Assembly: GCF_964204645.1 (NCBI RefSeq)
Contig: NC_134035.1
Coordinates: 12,618,451-12,682,450, forward strand
DNA: 64,000 bases
Source of the DNA: Tubulanus polymorphus
Taxonomy: Eukaryota; Animalia; Nemertea
Direction of reading: 5' to 3'
Part shown: positions 12,939-26,299 of the stretch, piece after piece
Layout: every line of letters begins with the position of its first letter
Position numbering within the stretch: the stretch's first letter is position 1
Made by a program: the position numbers and the translations under genes
The notes under the pieces: generated by a model
Told to the model about the DNA's origin: nothing
What the model saw: only the letters and a program-made list of their open reading frames with translations
Databases searched by the model: none

Positions 12939-15665
12939 AATAAGAAACATTAGCTATATAGGAAACTTGGTATCTTTAAGGAAAGTTGGCCTGGCTCCTT
13001 TAACCTCATAAATGACATTTTTGAATTTACCCTTTCAGGAAACTTGGCTGCTTCCATAGATCCCCACATGACATCATCAAATTACCTCTAGTCTATCTAA
13101 AGATGGCTGCTTTAAAAAAGCCCCAATAACATCACTGCACTTATAAACCCTTCCACGAAAAATGCTACACCCTAGGTTTCATATTCTGTTGTAGAAATAG
13201 ATTGTTAGCTCGGTTCCTTTGGTTCTTGGCATGTATTTGATAGGATTTTTGTTTAAGCTTAATGAAAATGAAAAAACTCCGACCTTAGAGTCATATCCAC
13301 AATTTGCGGATGCAAATTTTCAAAAAAATCAATATGTTTCTACGAACAAAAATCTAAAGATGTCGGGAAAATACTTAAAAAGTTTTAGCCTTACCAAAAT
13401 AACCAACCGAATTCAGACGAAATTCTCCGAATGTTTTGTAAGTGAAAATGACTTCTTCAAGTAGACATCCCTGAGGGGATTTTATCACTTCCGCATAGCT
13501 GCGCATTCGCGCATAATATCACTAAATATGATAGTATCCAGTGTTTGGAGAATTACTATATATCTTCTAGCTGTAGGGTTATATACTAATTGATTTAACT
13601 GATTAGCTTCTCAATCTATGGTTCTTACTCAATCTGATCTGTAACGAAGGTATTTTATGATATGTAGAATGTCGTATAGTATATAAGCACACACACTCGG
13701 TAGACTATAATGTATTCATTATTGATATTTCGGCATCTTTTCCGCCCTGAAGACGCTCAGAAACCACACGCGAAAGGGAATTATTATATCCGTATTGCAT
13801 GATCGTGACCGTCGGTAACACGACCTTTAGATCGACTAATGAGCTGTTTATGAATTAATTGGAAAATTGAACCCGTCTCTGGAATATATCGGCGGGAGAT
13901 TTTGTCGCGTATACTACGCGTTTATATTTCAGTACAATTTCTTGACAAAACATTTGTGTTCGTTGTTCAATCTTCCGGTATATGTTTAGGTCGATTTTCT
14001 CTTCGCTTTAGATTCGGAGGCCATTTGCGCAGTTAAATGTTAACACGCGACTTAAGATTGAAATATTTAAATGAACTTTTTCGATAATTTCTTGACAAAA
14101 CATTTTCTGTTCGTTAATCAATCTAAAAACGTATTTTCGGTGATTTCCTTTTCGACTTGGGTCATTGGGCGCTTGATTCGGTAGCGCCAGTTGCGCAGTT
14201 CCGGGTTAGATACGCACGATTAAAGGGTTAAAGCATTCAAAATATACTATTTTAAACTCGAGATTCAATTTCTAACAGGCCACTTTGAAAGCGGATCCAG
14301 AACATGATAGATACACTACCACAGACGATTGACAGAACGGAATCTGAAACTATCTGATAATGTCGTATAAACTTCAGGCAATCCTTGGCATCTTTCATGT
14401 AACTTTCTTCATAAAGTTACCAGGTATTAATTGCCGATGTGATCTGTAAGGTATAATTTGATATGAGATATATCGGTAGCCCGTGTGTCGCGGTATTACA
14501 AGGCCTATGATTCATCAGTTTTCTCGAGTGAGGTTTCTGATATTTATATATACTAAGTGTTCCATATAAGATTGTTTTATCTGCCTGAAACCTTTCAGTG
14601 ATTCCTCTTGCTGTTGGCTCACTTCGATATCAATGAACTCTAGGTAGTAAATTCATAATAAAACCACAACTAAAACAAAATTCATCCTTGAAAATAATGT
14701 GTATATATACATTGCTGATTTTCTTCAACCTCATAAAGTGCGTATGAGATAAGATATGAAATAAAGAATGTGGAGAAGGGCATATTATAAGCCCACAGAA
14801 CTAAACAAGTATTAACATGCAAATACAAGATTTACAAGGATCAATATAGGTTCGACAGTAGAGAATTAGAGAGTTATCGTGGTTTTTGATATAAAAAATA
14901 AACTAGTTTCTCAGTATAGGGACATGAACGGACATCACGTATTGTTTACTCACATTAGTGAACTGTGACCTTTTAGTTTACTGTCAGCGCTTGACCAGTC
15001 CAAAATTACGCATTGGGAATTCAGGGACATTACGCACCTATAAGATCGTCACGTAGGGGTAATTTTATAAACTCAGATTAACCTTTCTGAACCATAAGAT
15101 TTCGTAATGAATTATAGATTGTACGCGTGGCCGCCTGCGTGCAGGGAGTCGTCGGGTATCGTGCATGATCCAGTTCCACAGTTTGGAGTTAAGATCTGAC
15201 TTTGAGTAAACACTAGTATTAGTGGAACCGGGTCCTGAGTTGTGCCTATATCATCGACTGGGATAATTGTTTTATAGACTTAAAAACTAAAACGATGTCA
15301 TTCGATACGGAAGCTCGTATCTCTCTACGCCGGCGAACTCGGGAGAATCTTTTTAAACGCCGCGCCGTCATTCGTTTTAACCGTCGCTATTTATTCACGC
15401 AACCGTTTTTATTCCAAACGGCTGTTAATGAATTTAAACGCCAGATCGCCTCGTTTTATGCGCGGTGTTAGGTCGAACTGTAAAATCGTGTAGTCGTAAA
15501 CAGTACTTTATTTTGCCGTCGTCGAATTTCTAGCGATCTTCTGATTATATGATCATTGAGGGGTGTTTTGTGTGTTGTTTAGTGGTTTAGTGATAATTTG
15601 AATGTTTAGCTCGTTCTAACTATTGATAAAATACTCTCGAGTTCGTGCTGCCACGATAGATTATT

Positions 15666-15822
15666 GAGTCCGAAATGATTCCTTGAACTAGTAGTTTATA
15701 CTTCAACGTTTCGATTATATCCTATAAGTCACCTTAAGGAATAGCCATTTAGTGTTTCTCTGCAGAAGGATATTGTCTAAGCATCGAAATGAACTATAAG
15801 CTAAAGGAAACATTTCGGACTC
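15666..15822 (-). mobile_element. Short dispersed element with inverted ends and a degenerate hammerhead motif (probable Penelope-like remnant)
   Basis: Ends gagtccgaaatgattcctt ... aaggaaacatttcggactc. Internal minus-strand cttaagg-tgacttataggatataatc-gaaacgtt. Related copies at about 12862-12968, 34557-34630, 53357-53480 and 53823-53860. Confidence 0.5.
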
Positions 15823-18800
15823 GATATTCCATTCTTATTGTGGTACATTCTATAATAACGAATAATCATCAGCGCTCGGCGATGCTCCGTAGTTGACCAC
15901 AGGTTGTGACGTCATTGTAACCGGTGTTTCTGGTCGGTTGAGTTGAATAAGTGCTTCTATACGACGTGTGTCAAGCGCTTCCTGTTTCTCATTATTCCCC
16001 GTTTGAGCCCGGCGATAAAAGAAACGATGCAGTCACGCCAAGGCGGAACCGTCGCGATCTTTATTATTTCGCCACACAAAGTGTCTCGGAGTTATAAACC
16101 AATATGAACGAAGGAAGTCCAACCGCGTCGGAAGAAAAAGCCTCCATTTTCCGTCGCAATCGAGTTTTATTTATCCAAAGGGTTGATATTGGTTAATAGT
16201 GTAATAGGTCTATCAATAACTGACGTCAGTTTGATTAGTTCGTTTGACAGCCGCTGACAATGCGTCAACAAACGTAACTAAGTCCCAATAATCGCCCGTA
16301 CTGTGATTATTGCTCGGTGTATTATACTTGCGACAGCGCCATCTCGCTGGTCGATCCGTGGGTGACAATTTACCTCGATAGGTAACAGGTTAAAAACATT
16401 ATAGCTTAACCTATACCCGAACACATTCCCGTCATCGAATTCAAGTATTTAGGGTAGATTTTCAACCCTTCCTGTATACATCGAAAACTTTGCATTGGAT
16501 CATTGACGGAAAAGACTATAACCGGTTTTAACCAACACTACCACCTGGCGGATTGACTGAATGAAACAAGGAAACTATCTTGAAAGTTTATCGACACCTT
16601 GCAAAATGACACATGCTTGATATTGTTGACGATAAAGGATATAATATAAACATCAAACTAATCTCATATAAGTAGTATAAACACCCGTACACCCTGACGT
16701 GGAGATTAGATTTAACTGGCGTATCCGAGAGTTCGAAACGAGATTTCTTTTATCTATAACTCTTGAGTAACGAAATACATTTTAGATCTTTTTAATTTCT
16801 ATATGGTTGGTCTTAAACTTTTATTCCCATTTTGATTCTTTTAATTGCGGTTTTTACATCACCATAAAAATTTAGAAAATTAAAAACGAAATTTATTTAC
16901 AAGAATTGAAAATAGAAAAAACGACGGATACAGTTTCGCCGTATAAACTTCACTAGACACTATATTCTAGGCGGATATCACTTATGAACTGATACTCATT
17001 TATTGTTTATTTTAATTGTTTATTTATTGTTTATTTTATTTTTAAATGCTGAGGTTTTTTAACTTCAGTGCCCGTCGTAGTTGCTGTTTTCTCCTCGGAC
17101 CGATCTTCCGTTTTCGTCTGCCGGAAAAGCGAGCGTTAACTGTAAAAATGCGGCGTAAACAATTCGCTGTAAACGATGATACGACGAGTTACGACACGTC
17201 GATACATTACACAACACTTATTTCATTATACACAATCGTGTGACTTACCGCAATAAAGCGAACCTCGCAGATTTATTACCAAACGCGACCACGCGCACCA
17301 ACCAGTTCATAAACTCATTCCATTAGAGACGGAATAACGAATTCGAATACAGACACAGAGCCAACTTCAAAGCAATTCATTCTCAAATTATACCCCACCC
17401 CCGGTGACTAACTCGTTAAAAATGCAGTCACATTTTGCGTCTTGATTCTATGATGATTTTATTAGGACGATGCCACGGCTGATGGTTGTCTATACCCGCT
17501 AGCATAAGGCTCGTTAAACATGTAATCGTATTTTGAATTCTGTGCCTGAATTTTTCGAAAAGTTAAGAACCGAACTTCGCGACTGCACGTTCGGATTCAA
17601 AATGCATTAACAATCGTTAGAAAGTGCTTTGAAATTACAAGAGGCTCTAACTCATCTTTGAGCTGCAACAAGATCATCAACAGACCATACAATTCGTTGT
17701 TTCCAAATGAATTATCCTAAAGCGGCCGTTTCGAAAGAGATTGTATCGACGGGGTACTTACTATATGATAAGGATAAAACGTTTAAAACTTGTTTCAAGT
17801 GTTCGAGTATATATTATACACGGTTGATCGGTCGTTGTTTTTACACCGGGGATCAACAGCCGCGTATAACACGGCAAAGCTGTCTGGTGTGGATTTTCTT
17901 CGCAAAATAACATAATCCTCGAGTGAAGATCAACGAGAGATTTCGAATCGAGAGATCGGACACGATAATGGCATCCACGCTCGATTTACAGATAGTAACA
18001 AAATCATCTATCGCTCGAAGTGTACGATATAAAATATAATATCGGATTCGATCTTTACAGCGTTTTTTTATCCCGTCATTAACGCCGTGATCTTCACAAG
18101 ACGGCCATTAACTGAGTAACTCTTACTTTACTTCTATATTCAGACATTCCCGAGCCCTTTTTAGCAAATATTCGCCCGTAACTTCAATTCAGAAAAGAAC
18201 TTTCACACTTTAGGAACAAAGCCTCTTCTTCTCAAGGTTTGTTTTTGGAAAAATTGGTGAAATGGGCGGCAATCAGAAGATAAAGTTGTCTTTTTTTGTC
18301 TCCAATGAGGATGGCCCTTTTGGACCCTCTGCCGAAAATCCTGAATCCGGTTCCACAGATCTGAGTTAAGAAAATTCAACTCAGAGTGATTGAACTTGTT
18401 GGAAATGAATCAAATTTCACTTTCGTTCGCAACACTGTAGACTAGGATTTTGGCTGGCGCGCGTAGAGCTCGACGACCAATGAGGCGCCCCACGCGCGTG
18501 TCTCCGTACGGTCGAGATCAACCGAAGCGTGCGTTTTGTCGTTACGTCATAGCGAGTGATCGAGGCAATGAGGCGAATTATTGTAGCCGGTGCGTAATAT
18601 ATGAGTTTTTGTCACGAAAGAATGCCATTAATAAATATAATAGGAAATTGAACGTCTATAGCGAGTATCTGTGACAATCAACGAAAAGTGAATTTAGTCG
18701 TCCGTCTTCATTAGAAATACAGATCCCTTTCCGTAAACTACGCGCGCTCGTTTACCAACTGTATATAAAACTAATCAAGGAGTAGTTTATTTTTTCAGCA

Positions 18801-19994
18801 TTCATTTCTCATTTTCTATGACTCTCCCTCTCTCCCCCTGATTCTACCTTTCTCTCCTCACGCCCTCTCCCTATCACCCCCACTTTTTCTTCCACATTTC
18901 CCCTTCTCTCTCCCTTTCCCTCCATCTTGACCCTGTCACCCTCTACTTCTTCCTCTCGTCCCTATGCTTCTGTCCCCCGCTCCACATTCCCCGCTCACCC
19001 TGTCTCCCACCATCTAGTCCAATCTCTCTCCTTCTCGAGTATCATCTGATGGTTGATATCCCTAAATATGTCAATTCATATCAAGATCAAAATCAAACTT
19101 TAAATACAGCAGGAAATGCATTTTACGATTTCAATATGTTGAATTAGATCTTTGTCCTGCTCAAGTGAAAAGATGTTTTTTACGAGATATAACGAACTTA
19201 TTACCTATAGAACTCATGACTTTTAACTTATAACTTTCTCATATAACTAGAACTCAATCGACTATTTCAACCTCTCCCCATAACGACGCGGCTCTATAAA
19301 CCGTTCGTTATGCAGTATTCATTAATGAGATTTATTTAATTAGTTGCTACCGTTAACGGATTCATCTCTTATTGATCTTCGACTTACAAAGTGTACAACA
19401 AATACAGCCTCAAATACACTTCATTCGAGTAAATAAACTCGATTACGACCGATCGACTGAACACTGGTTGCTTTATACGTATATACATAAATCCCTGGAC
19501 GACTATTTGAAGAATTCTGACGCCTGCGCCTCCAAATACCTAAATATTGCTATTTTGTGTTGATTTTTAAACGCGTGAATTTTAAGTATGCGCTTAGGAA
19601 GTCTAATTTTGTCGGTTTCCTGCGGCGAAATCGCCGCGCTATACCGCCTGCTCGTTCGCTCGGCGCTGGCGAATTCCGGAAATACCCGAAAGCGTCGGAA
19701 CGATCACTTGGCGCATTCCGAAAGAGTCCGAACAAACATCGCTCGTAGATTTTAGGAATAACTACGGAACTCGTGTACGAGTCGAACCGGTTACAAACGA
19801 TTCACATTTACATGAAATTATCGAATTAACCTCATCGACTGTTTCGTCACGTTTCCCGCGCTCGCACAAGTGTCGTCTGCCGCCCAACTCTAATACATAA
19901 TGAATTTATTCCAAGTCTCTACTTGCGTAATAGGTTTAACTGAATAAATTCAGATATGGTCAGATATTTCTCATCTGACGGTCGTGTGTCTCCT

Positions 19995-20266
19995 GGGGCC
20001 AGTTGCAAACAGTCATGGCTCGGTCTAAGAACATCTGGAGCCAGTTGCACAGTCGTGACTTAAGTCCGAAAGTGGTCTTAAATCTTAAGACTGGTCTTAA
20101 GTTGTTAGATAGGCTATAGAATTAAGTTTGTCTTTGACTGGTCTTAAGTCTAAGCCATGACTATGGGACCAGCTCCTCAGTTGTATATAGACAACCCTAT
20201 ACAACTTCAGATAAGCCTTATGAACTAAGACCACTTTGATGTCGCGACTGTAAAACAACTGGGCCC
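19995..20266. mobile_element. Composite/nested copies of a GGGCCAGTTGCA-terminated MITE
   Basis: Termini ggggccagttgca ... caactgggccc and core cttaagactggtcttaagttgttagataggctataga, shared with about 30159-30283, 46156-46414, 48235-48550, 49176-49322, 58512-58653 and 62782-63049. Confidence 0.75.
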
Positions 20267-20348
20267 TATACTCTGTTCCTTGTCTATAAATCAACTTGAC
20301 CTCAACTTTACTCCGACTAACGTATTCCTTGCTATTGTATATTTACAG

Positions 20349-21310
20349 ATTCGGTACATACGACCGATGAAAACGATACCCCGGTCAGAAATCGACGAGC
20401 GATGCCTATGGTTCGCATGGGTCGAGGCTTGGAACTGGTGAGGATGGGCAAACGGGACTTGAAACTGGTGCGAATGGGTCGATCACCGTACTCAAACAAC
20501 AACGACGAAGTAGAAACCGACGATGATTTATACAGAAGACAACCTCATTTCCCGCGCATCGGCAAAGATCTGGAAAACTTAGAAGAGGAGGCTCGAACCC
20601 CGAATTTACCTCGACTCGGTAAAAATGTTTACCGCCAGTTGTTAATACGAGCTCTGTTAGACGATCTACAAGCGCCACCGGCTTACAAACCTAGGTTCGT
20701 CCGATCAGCTAGAAATACCCGCTCTACCGACCACGTGGATGAACACAACGACCACCACCAGGCGGAGCTACCGTCCACACACGACAACGACCACAGCGAA
20801 GATGAAGACGCCAAGCCCGATGCAGACAGGGCTATACAATTCCCTCGATTGGGTCGCCAATTGAAAGAAGTTCAAGACATAAAGCGCGCATTCGGATTGG
20901 TTCGCATGGGCAAACGGGAACTGGACGACAAACGCGCGTTCGGTCTGGTTCGAATGGGCCGGGCGTTCGGTCTAGTGCGCATGGGCAAGAAATCGGCAGA
21001 TTCCGACACCGACGAAAAACGAGCGTTCGGTCTGGTGCGCATGGGCAAGCGCGACGAAGACGAGGCTGCCAAAAGAGCGTTCGGTCTAGTGCGCATGGGC
21101 AAACGCGACGAGGAAGACTACAAAAGAGCGTTCGGTTTAGTGCGCATGGGCAAACGTGACGAGGAAGACTACAAACGGGCTTTTGGACTAGTGCGCATGG
21201 GCAAACGGGACGAGGAGGATACTAAACGGGCTTTTGGTTTGGTGCGCATGGGCAAACGTGACGAGGCCGACGATAATAAGCGCGCTTTCGGTCTAGTGCG
21301 CATGGGCTAG
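20349..21310 (+). CDS. Myomodulin-family neuropeptide precursor, main/last coding exon (signal-peptide exon upstream, not identified)
   Basis: Acceptor ...atatttacag at 20347-20348, phase 1. The frame reads SVHTTDENDTPVRNRR-AMPMVRMG-R-GLELVRMG-KR-DLKLVRMG-R ... QPHFPRIG-K ... TPNLPRLG-K ... AIQFPRLG-R ... then 9x AFGLVRMG with mostly KR sites and acidic spacers, stop TAG 21308-21310. Gly plus basic residue is the amidation/convertase signal. The C-terminal (M/L)VRM-amide resembles mollusc/annelid myomodulins (MLRL/MLRM-amide). Confidence 0.9.
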
Positions 21311-22101
21311 AAACAAAACCCAAGTGCAACGCGTCCCCCGCGCCGACCCCCTAGATTATTCTAAACAAAAAAAAACATGTTCAGTGCAAATTAAAAAAGA
21401 ACGAAGAGGCAATTTTTACTTGACTGAAAACTCGCGTGTAAATAATGATTAAATGATAATGATAACTTGTTCTAGCAAATTATGGAAACTTAATACGATG
21501 ACTTTAATATAGCCACAACTATCAACGTTTCGGAGCAAACTATCATAATGTTGAAGCCAAAAGGAAACTTGTGCAGAAATGAATACCATATCAAAGCCGA
21601 ATCAAATGTAGGAGTTGAATACAAATTCGCTGAGAAATTGATAATGTATTTGCGTAAAAATATCACCTGAATCTGAATATATCTTATAGCTATCTAATAC
21701 ATGAAAAACCTGGTGTGCACGAAATATATCAAAAACATTTCCTTTCATCTCGTTACTCCCACGGTTTACATCAAACCATTATCGACGAATTCATTTACCG
21801 ACTATGAACATCAAACTTATAAACGCCACTTGTGGATTCAATGTTGAAATGTATGCAATGGCTTATATATACTGACTGACTGACTCGTCGCACAGTAGCA
21901 GGAATTCGTGCCGTTTTAGCGCCGGAGTTTAGTGATGCGTTTCACCACCAGGGTTCGTTCTGATTAGAATTTGCCGTGTAAATAATGATCGAAAAACAAA
22001 GCCAGCCCCAGAAAATAAAGCGTCAATAATCTAATATGAATAATACTGTGTATCTGTGTGTCCGATAATAATGTTGTTCGTGTTATTAAATGATTGGAAA
22101 T

Positions 22102-22107
22102 AATAAA
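22102..22107 (+). terminator. Probable polyadenylation signal of the neuropeptide gene (alternative AATAAA at 22014-22019)
   Basis: AATAAA about 0.8 kb after the stop codon, followed about 35 nt later by a GT/T-rich tract (gttcttgtgttttc). Confidence 0.5.
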
Positions 22108-25100
22108 AATAACTGAACATATTTTAGCAAATCTGCTGCGAGTTCTTGTGTTTTCATCGGGCTGTTTTAAAGATCATTTCTACCGTTTGTTTTATAGAGG
22201 AAATGCACGGACGTCACAAGCGTCATAACGACCGTCAAATGGCCGTCGGATTGTGACTTGACTCCAGTTATCCACTTGCGCTTGGCGGTTGATATGACGC
22301 ACTGTGACGTCACATTTACAATCGTTATGATACGGATTTCATAAGCCCATTCACCATAAAAGGGCCGCACAGACGTGACGTCATCAATGGTTTCACCGTC
22401 ATTGCTGGAGACCCGTCAAACAAGTAAAGGCGACTACACAGTCATGAGATTTTGAGGCCAGTTTAAGACTGACAGAGTTCTATAGCCAACTAACAACCTA
22501 AGACAAATCTTTTTCGGACCCCTCTTGGACTTTCGTGGGCCATGACTGTGCACCTGCACCCAGAGTCTGAATATCCAAGGTCGCTTTTGGACTCGGAAAT
22601 CTCGACTGCACAACTTTTCTGCCAGAATTTGGGAGAATTCGAAATTCTCGATTTTCGTATCGACGTCACATACATACACAGGTCACATTGACTGCAGCTG
22701 ATGATATTGAGATGAGAGACTTCGTAATTCAAACGAGAGCGCAGTTAATTTCACCTCAGTGTCACGCAAACCGGTTCGATTAACGGAAGCATCGCGGCCT
22801 CTTAAACTCGTCCACGCAGATGGTGTTCGTCACGAGATCTTATCCGACTAGCACACCATTTCATACAATCGGGGACTCGAACCCACGCGACGTTACTGAC
22901 AAGGGTGCCACCTACCGGCGTATTCGTGCAATCGATTATGCAAATTTTTCTCGAAATGGCGGAAACGGATAGTTGAATGATGAATGGACCGCAATTGAAA
23001 GAATTACTACGAAATATTGGCGCTTCCGAGTTCTCAATGTTGGTATTCATTCAATTTTGAGTTAAAACACTTGATAGAAACAGATGAATAATAGGTAAAA
23101 TGATTGTATATAAGTGAATGATCACAACATCACTATTCTCAATTGTCTTCCATATTGCGGGTTCTTTCTTCACGCTGAACATTGTTTGAATGAAAAGTCA
23201 ACCATCATAATTTATGTAAATTCGAACATACGTAATTATGCAAAAAGCCTCCGGTCTATGAGAAGAGTTTTAATAGATGTTTATAGATGTTATATAGATG
23301 TTCATGTGATGCGTCGTTTCTGACGTTCGCTTATGAACGGAAATGTTGAAAACGGGAAGTAACTACTTTAAAAAAAGCTAGCTTTAATGGACTTTTAGCA
23401 GACGTTTATTTTAAACAGACAGCCACTTCACACCATTACCGCGTGCGTGAATAACAAACGTAGAAACCTACGCGAATGGTGCAACGTAAAATAATAACAG
23501 TTTATTTCGGACACTATTGCATGGCGGTAATATAATACTATAGCATGGTAAAGGATTTAATTCCAAGATTAGGGAACTTTTCACAGAATGACTTGGTCAA
23601 GTAGCATCATCGGTATTGCTTATGACCATCTAAAGAAACTCTGAGCACATCCCCAGATCAGTGGTAAAAAGAAACATTACCGGTATGATTCTTCCAAAGC
23701 CTATTATCACAAACTCGTTTGAAATCCATTCAGTTTCTTCATCATATCAGGGAGGTACATATTTCAATTTTTCATCGAAATCGAGTCTTTAATCTTTTCT
23801 GTACGAGGGCCCTGGGCGGGTGACGTCATTCTGATCTATATCCTTTATCGAAATATCTCCGCGGTTAATTTTAGATTCTTGGAAATTCGCCCTTACCGAA
23901 CGAGCTGACTGGTCGAAACGAATCGGCACGAGATTTATTGTTGCAACTCGACTCGCGGATGTATGTTGAGATGTTCGGTCGTCTCGAGGGGTGCAAATTA
24001 ACATGTTCTATCCGTTGTTTCGTTTATCTAGTTCGGGATTTACGATCAGCCGCCACGTCTGTTCGTCGGCTTTCTTTTTTACAAATTCATTTTGGTTTTA
24101 CCGAGAATGAGACTATCGGCTGGCGTCGGCGGGAGATGAGTCTAAATTACGGAGAAGTCATTTTCGATCGAAAACATGAAACCTTTCCGTACAGCGAACG
24201 TTCGTACATGGTGTATTTTATGAATTATGAAATAATGTGTCAAATATCCAGCCATGAATGGAAATAGGTATGATATGGGCTGTCCGAAACTTTTTCAGTT
24301 CGTAGCCAGACCTCTTATTTTCAAGCGTCTATTATTTTCATATTGGAATGTACGAATCATATACCGGTATTATCACGATTATTGAAAACATGATTTCTAA
24401 TGAAATATTGTAGCAGCAGATAATTTAAATTCAAGAAAAAAAATTAAAAAAAAAAACTCGTCTATGCTAGGATTCGATCTCGGAACCTACCAGTTGCGTG
24501 GCGGTGGTTCTAGCCATTCGGTCAGGCCGGGATGGCTGACGTGTCCTTATACGAATTTCGACAATAACTGGTGGTGGTAAATTCATCATTACGTCATCAT
24601 TCATGTGTGCGTGTGGGAATCTCCGGTGACGTCATTTGGAGGGAAATCCTCGTGTTGTCGTCTCGTCGTTCTGTGAGACTATTACCAGTCATTCAAATTT
24701 TCTTTTCAAGTGCCCTTTTTCATCAAGGAAATTAGTTCATTCCAGTGTGGGGGATGGCGCTTAATAATGACGTTTTGGAGATACCAATGTACCCTTGTGG
24801 TGAGTGTGATGTGACAAATTCTTCAAAACCCCTGTATCCACCCTGGTTTAACGCCGAATCTATTTTGAGGTGCAAATGAAGTAACAAATTCGTCGATGTT
24901 TTGATCCAATTTATTCATAACCGATGTACATCATATATTACTCTTATATATCATTTATTTATTTATATATATATTTCATGTATACATATATACCAGTATT
25001 TAATTAATCAATATTAATTGATTTATTTATTTACACGTACGTATACGTCACTCCGTATTCATATATTTATCGATTAACCAATTATTTTCAATTAATCAGT

Positions 25101-26209
25101 AATTCCATAACGATCACAATCATAGAACTAGTTTCATTTCATTTTTTAATAATATTTTGAACTGAATGGTCATAATACCACTTATTATATATTATGATAA
25201 TTAACTTTATTATTATAAGTATAATTATTATTATAATTATTATTATATTGTTGTAATCACCAACATCATTTTTATCATTATTAATATCATCATCATTATT
25301 AAATAGACTTTCATAATGTTTTAATGTCTGTACATTTCATGCCCATAAGGAACGATTACGATACACCTATGATGTATAATCCCATTGTTTGTCGAGCGCG
25401 GTGGTTCGTATGCTAAACCCATAAATGCACGTTCTAATTACTTTTTAAAGCAGAAACGTCTCTTGTTGTCTTTAGTTTTCGATATTTTCAGCCTAGCCAA
25501 CGATGACTAAGTCGCCATCTGTCACAAAACGACACGCGACAAACAACTCACCGCTGCAATCAAACGTCGCTGTACAACGTCCATCTCGGAAATACGACGG
25601 ATCTAAAAACCGATGCCACGCGTAGTTCCATATCGCTCGGGGTAGACTCCTCTTAAGTCGGATCCGAGAGATTTAAACCATTTAAATCGGATGTTTGTTG
25701 CAATAGTTCGTGACATTTTAAAAATAATTCAGATTTCACTCAATTCGAACAAATTTATATGGTCCCAAAAGGTCCGATTTGAAAGGAGTCTACCCTGTGG
25801 TCATTTCGTTGTTCTCAATGATAAGTTAGTTTCGAAAATTCAATTTAGCAACTAATTGAGAAATGTGAATGTATGGTCAATGTATTAGCTTCTATGAGTT
25901 GCGTAGCCTGCAGGGGTTCATAGACAGTTTACAGATTCATTATAGTTTTTTTTTTAGTGTTGTTTTCATGGCTAATGGAACTATAACGTACTAAGTATGA
26001 ACCTAACTCCTGGTTTAGGTAAGCAATCGCCTAGGCGATATATTCAGGACTAAGAACCCCAGACAAAGTGCCAGCATCCCTCTGGGTGAACCCATAAGAC
26101 ATTGAGATAAATTTCGTATAATATCCGGTGAAGAAATAGCCTCTATGTAATGCAATGTGTATCGGAAAGCAGTTTAAACGTATACGAAGAGACTGGCCGT
26201 TAGTTTAGG

Positions 26210-26299
26210 GGGTCGTTTTTCAGACTATCGCCATCGTCCAGCGTCAGCTGTCAAGTATAAACCACGTCCGACGGGATGGCGATAATCAAAAATTCGCCC
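26210..26299. mobile_element. Small hairpin / MITE-like element
   Basis: Imperfect inverted arms ggtcgtttttcagactatcgccatc ... gatggcgataatcaaaaattcgcc. Confidence 0.45.

Noticed and set aside
20406-21102. Antisense ORFs over the neuropeptide exon
   Set aside because: Shadow frames of the repetitive coding sequence
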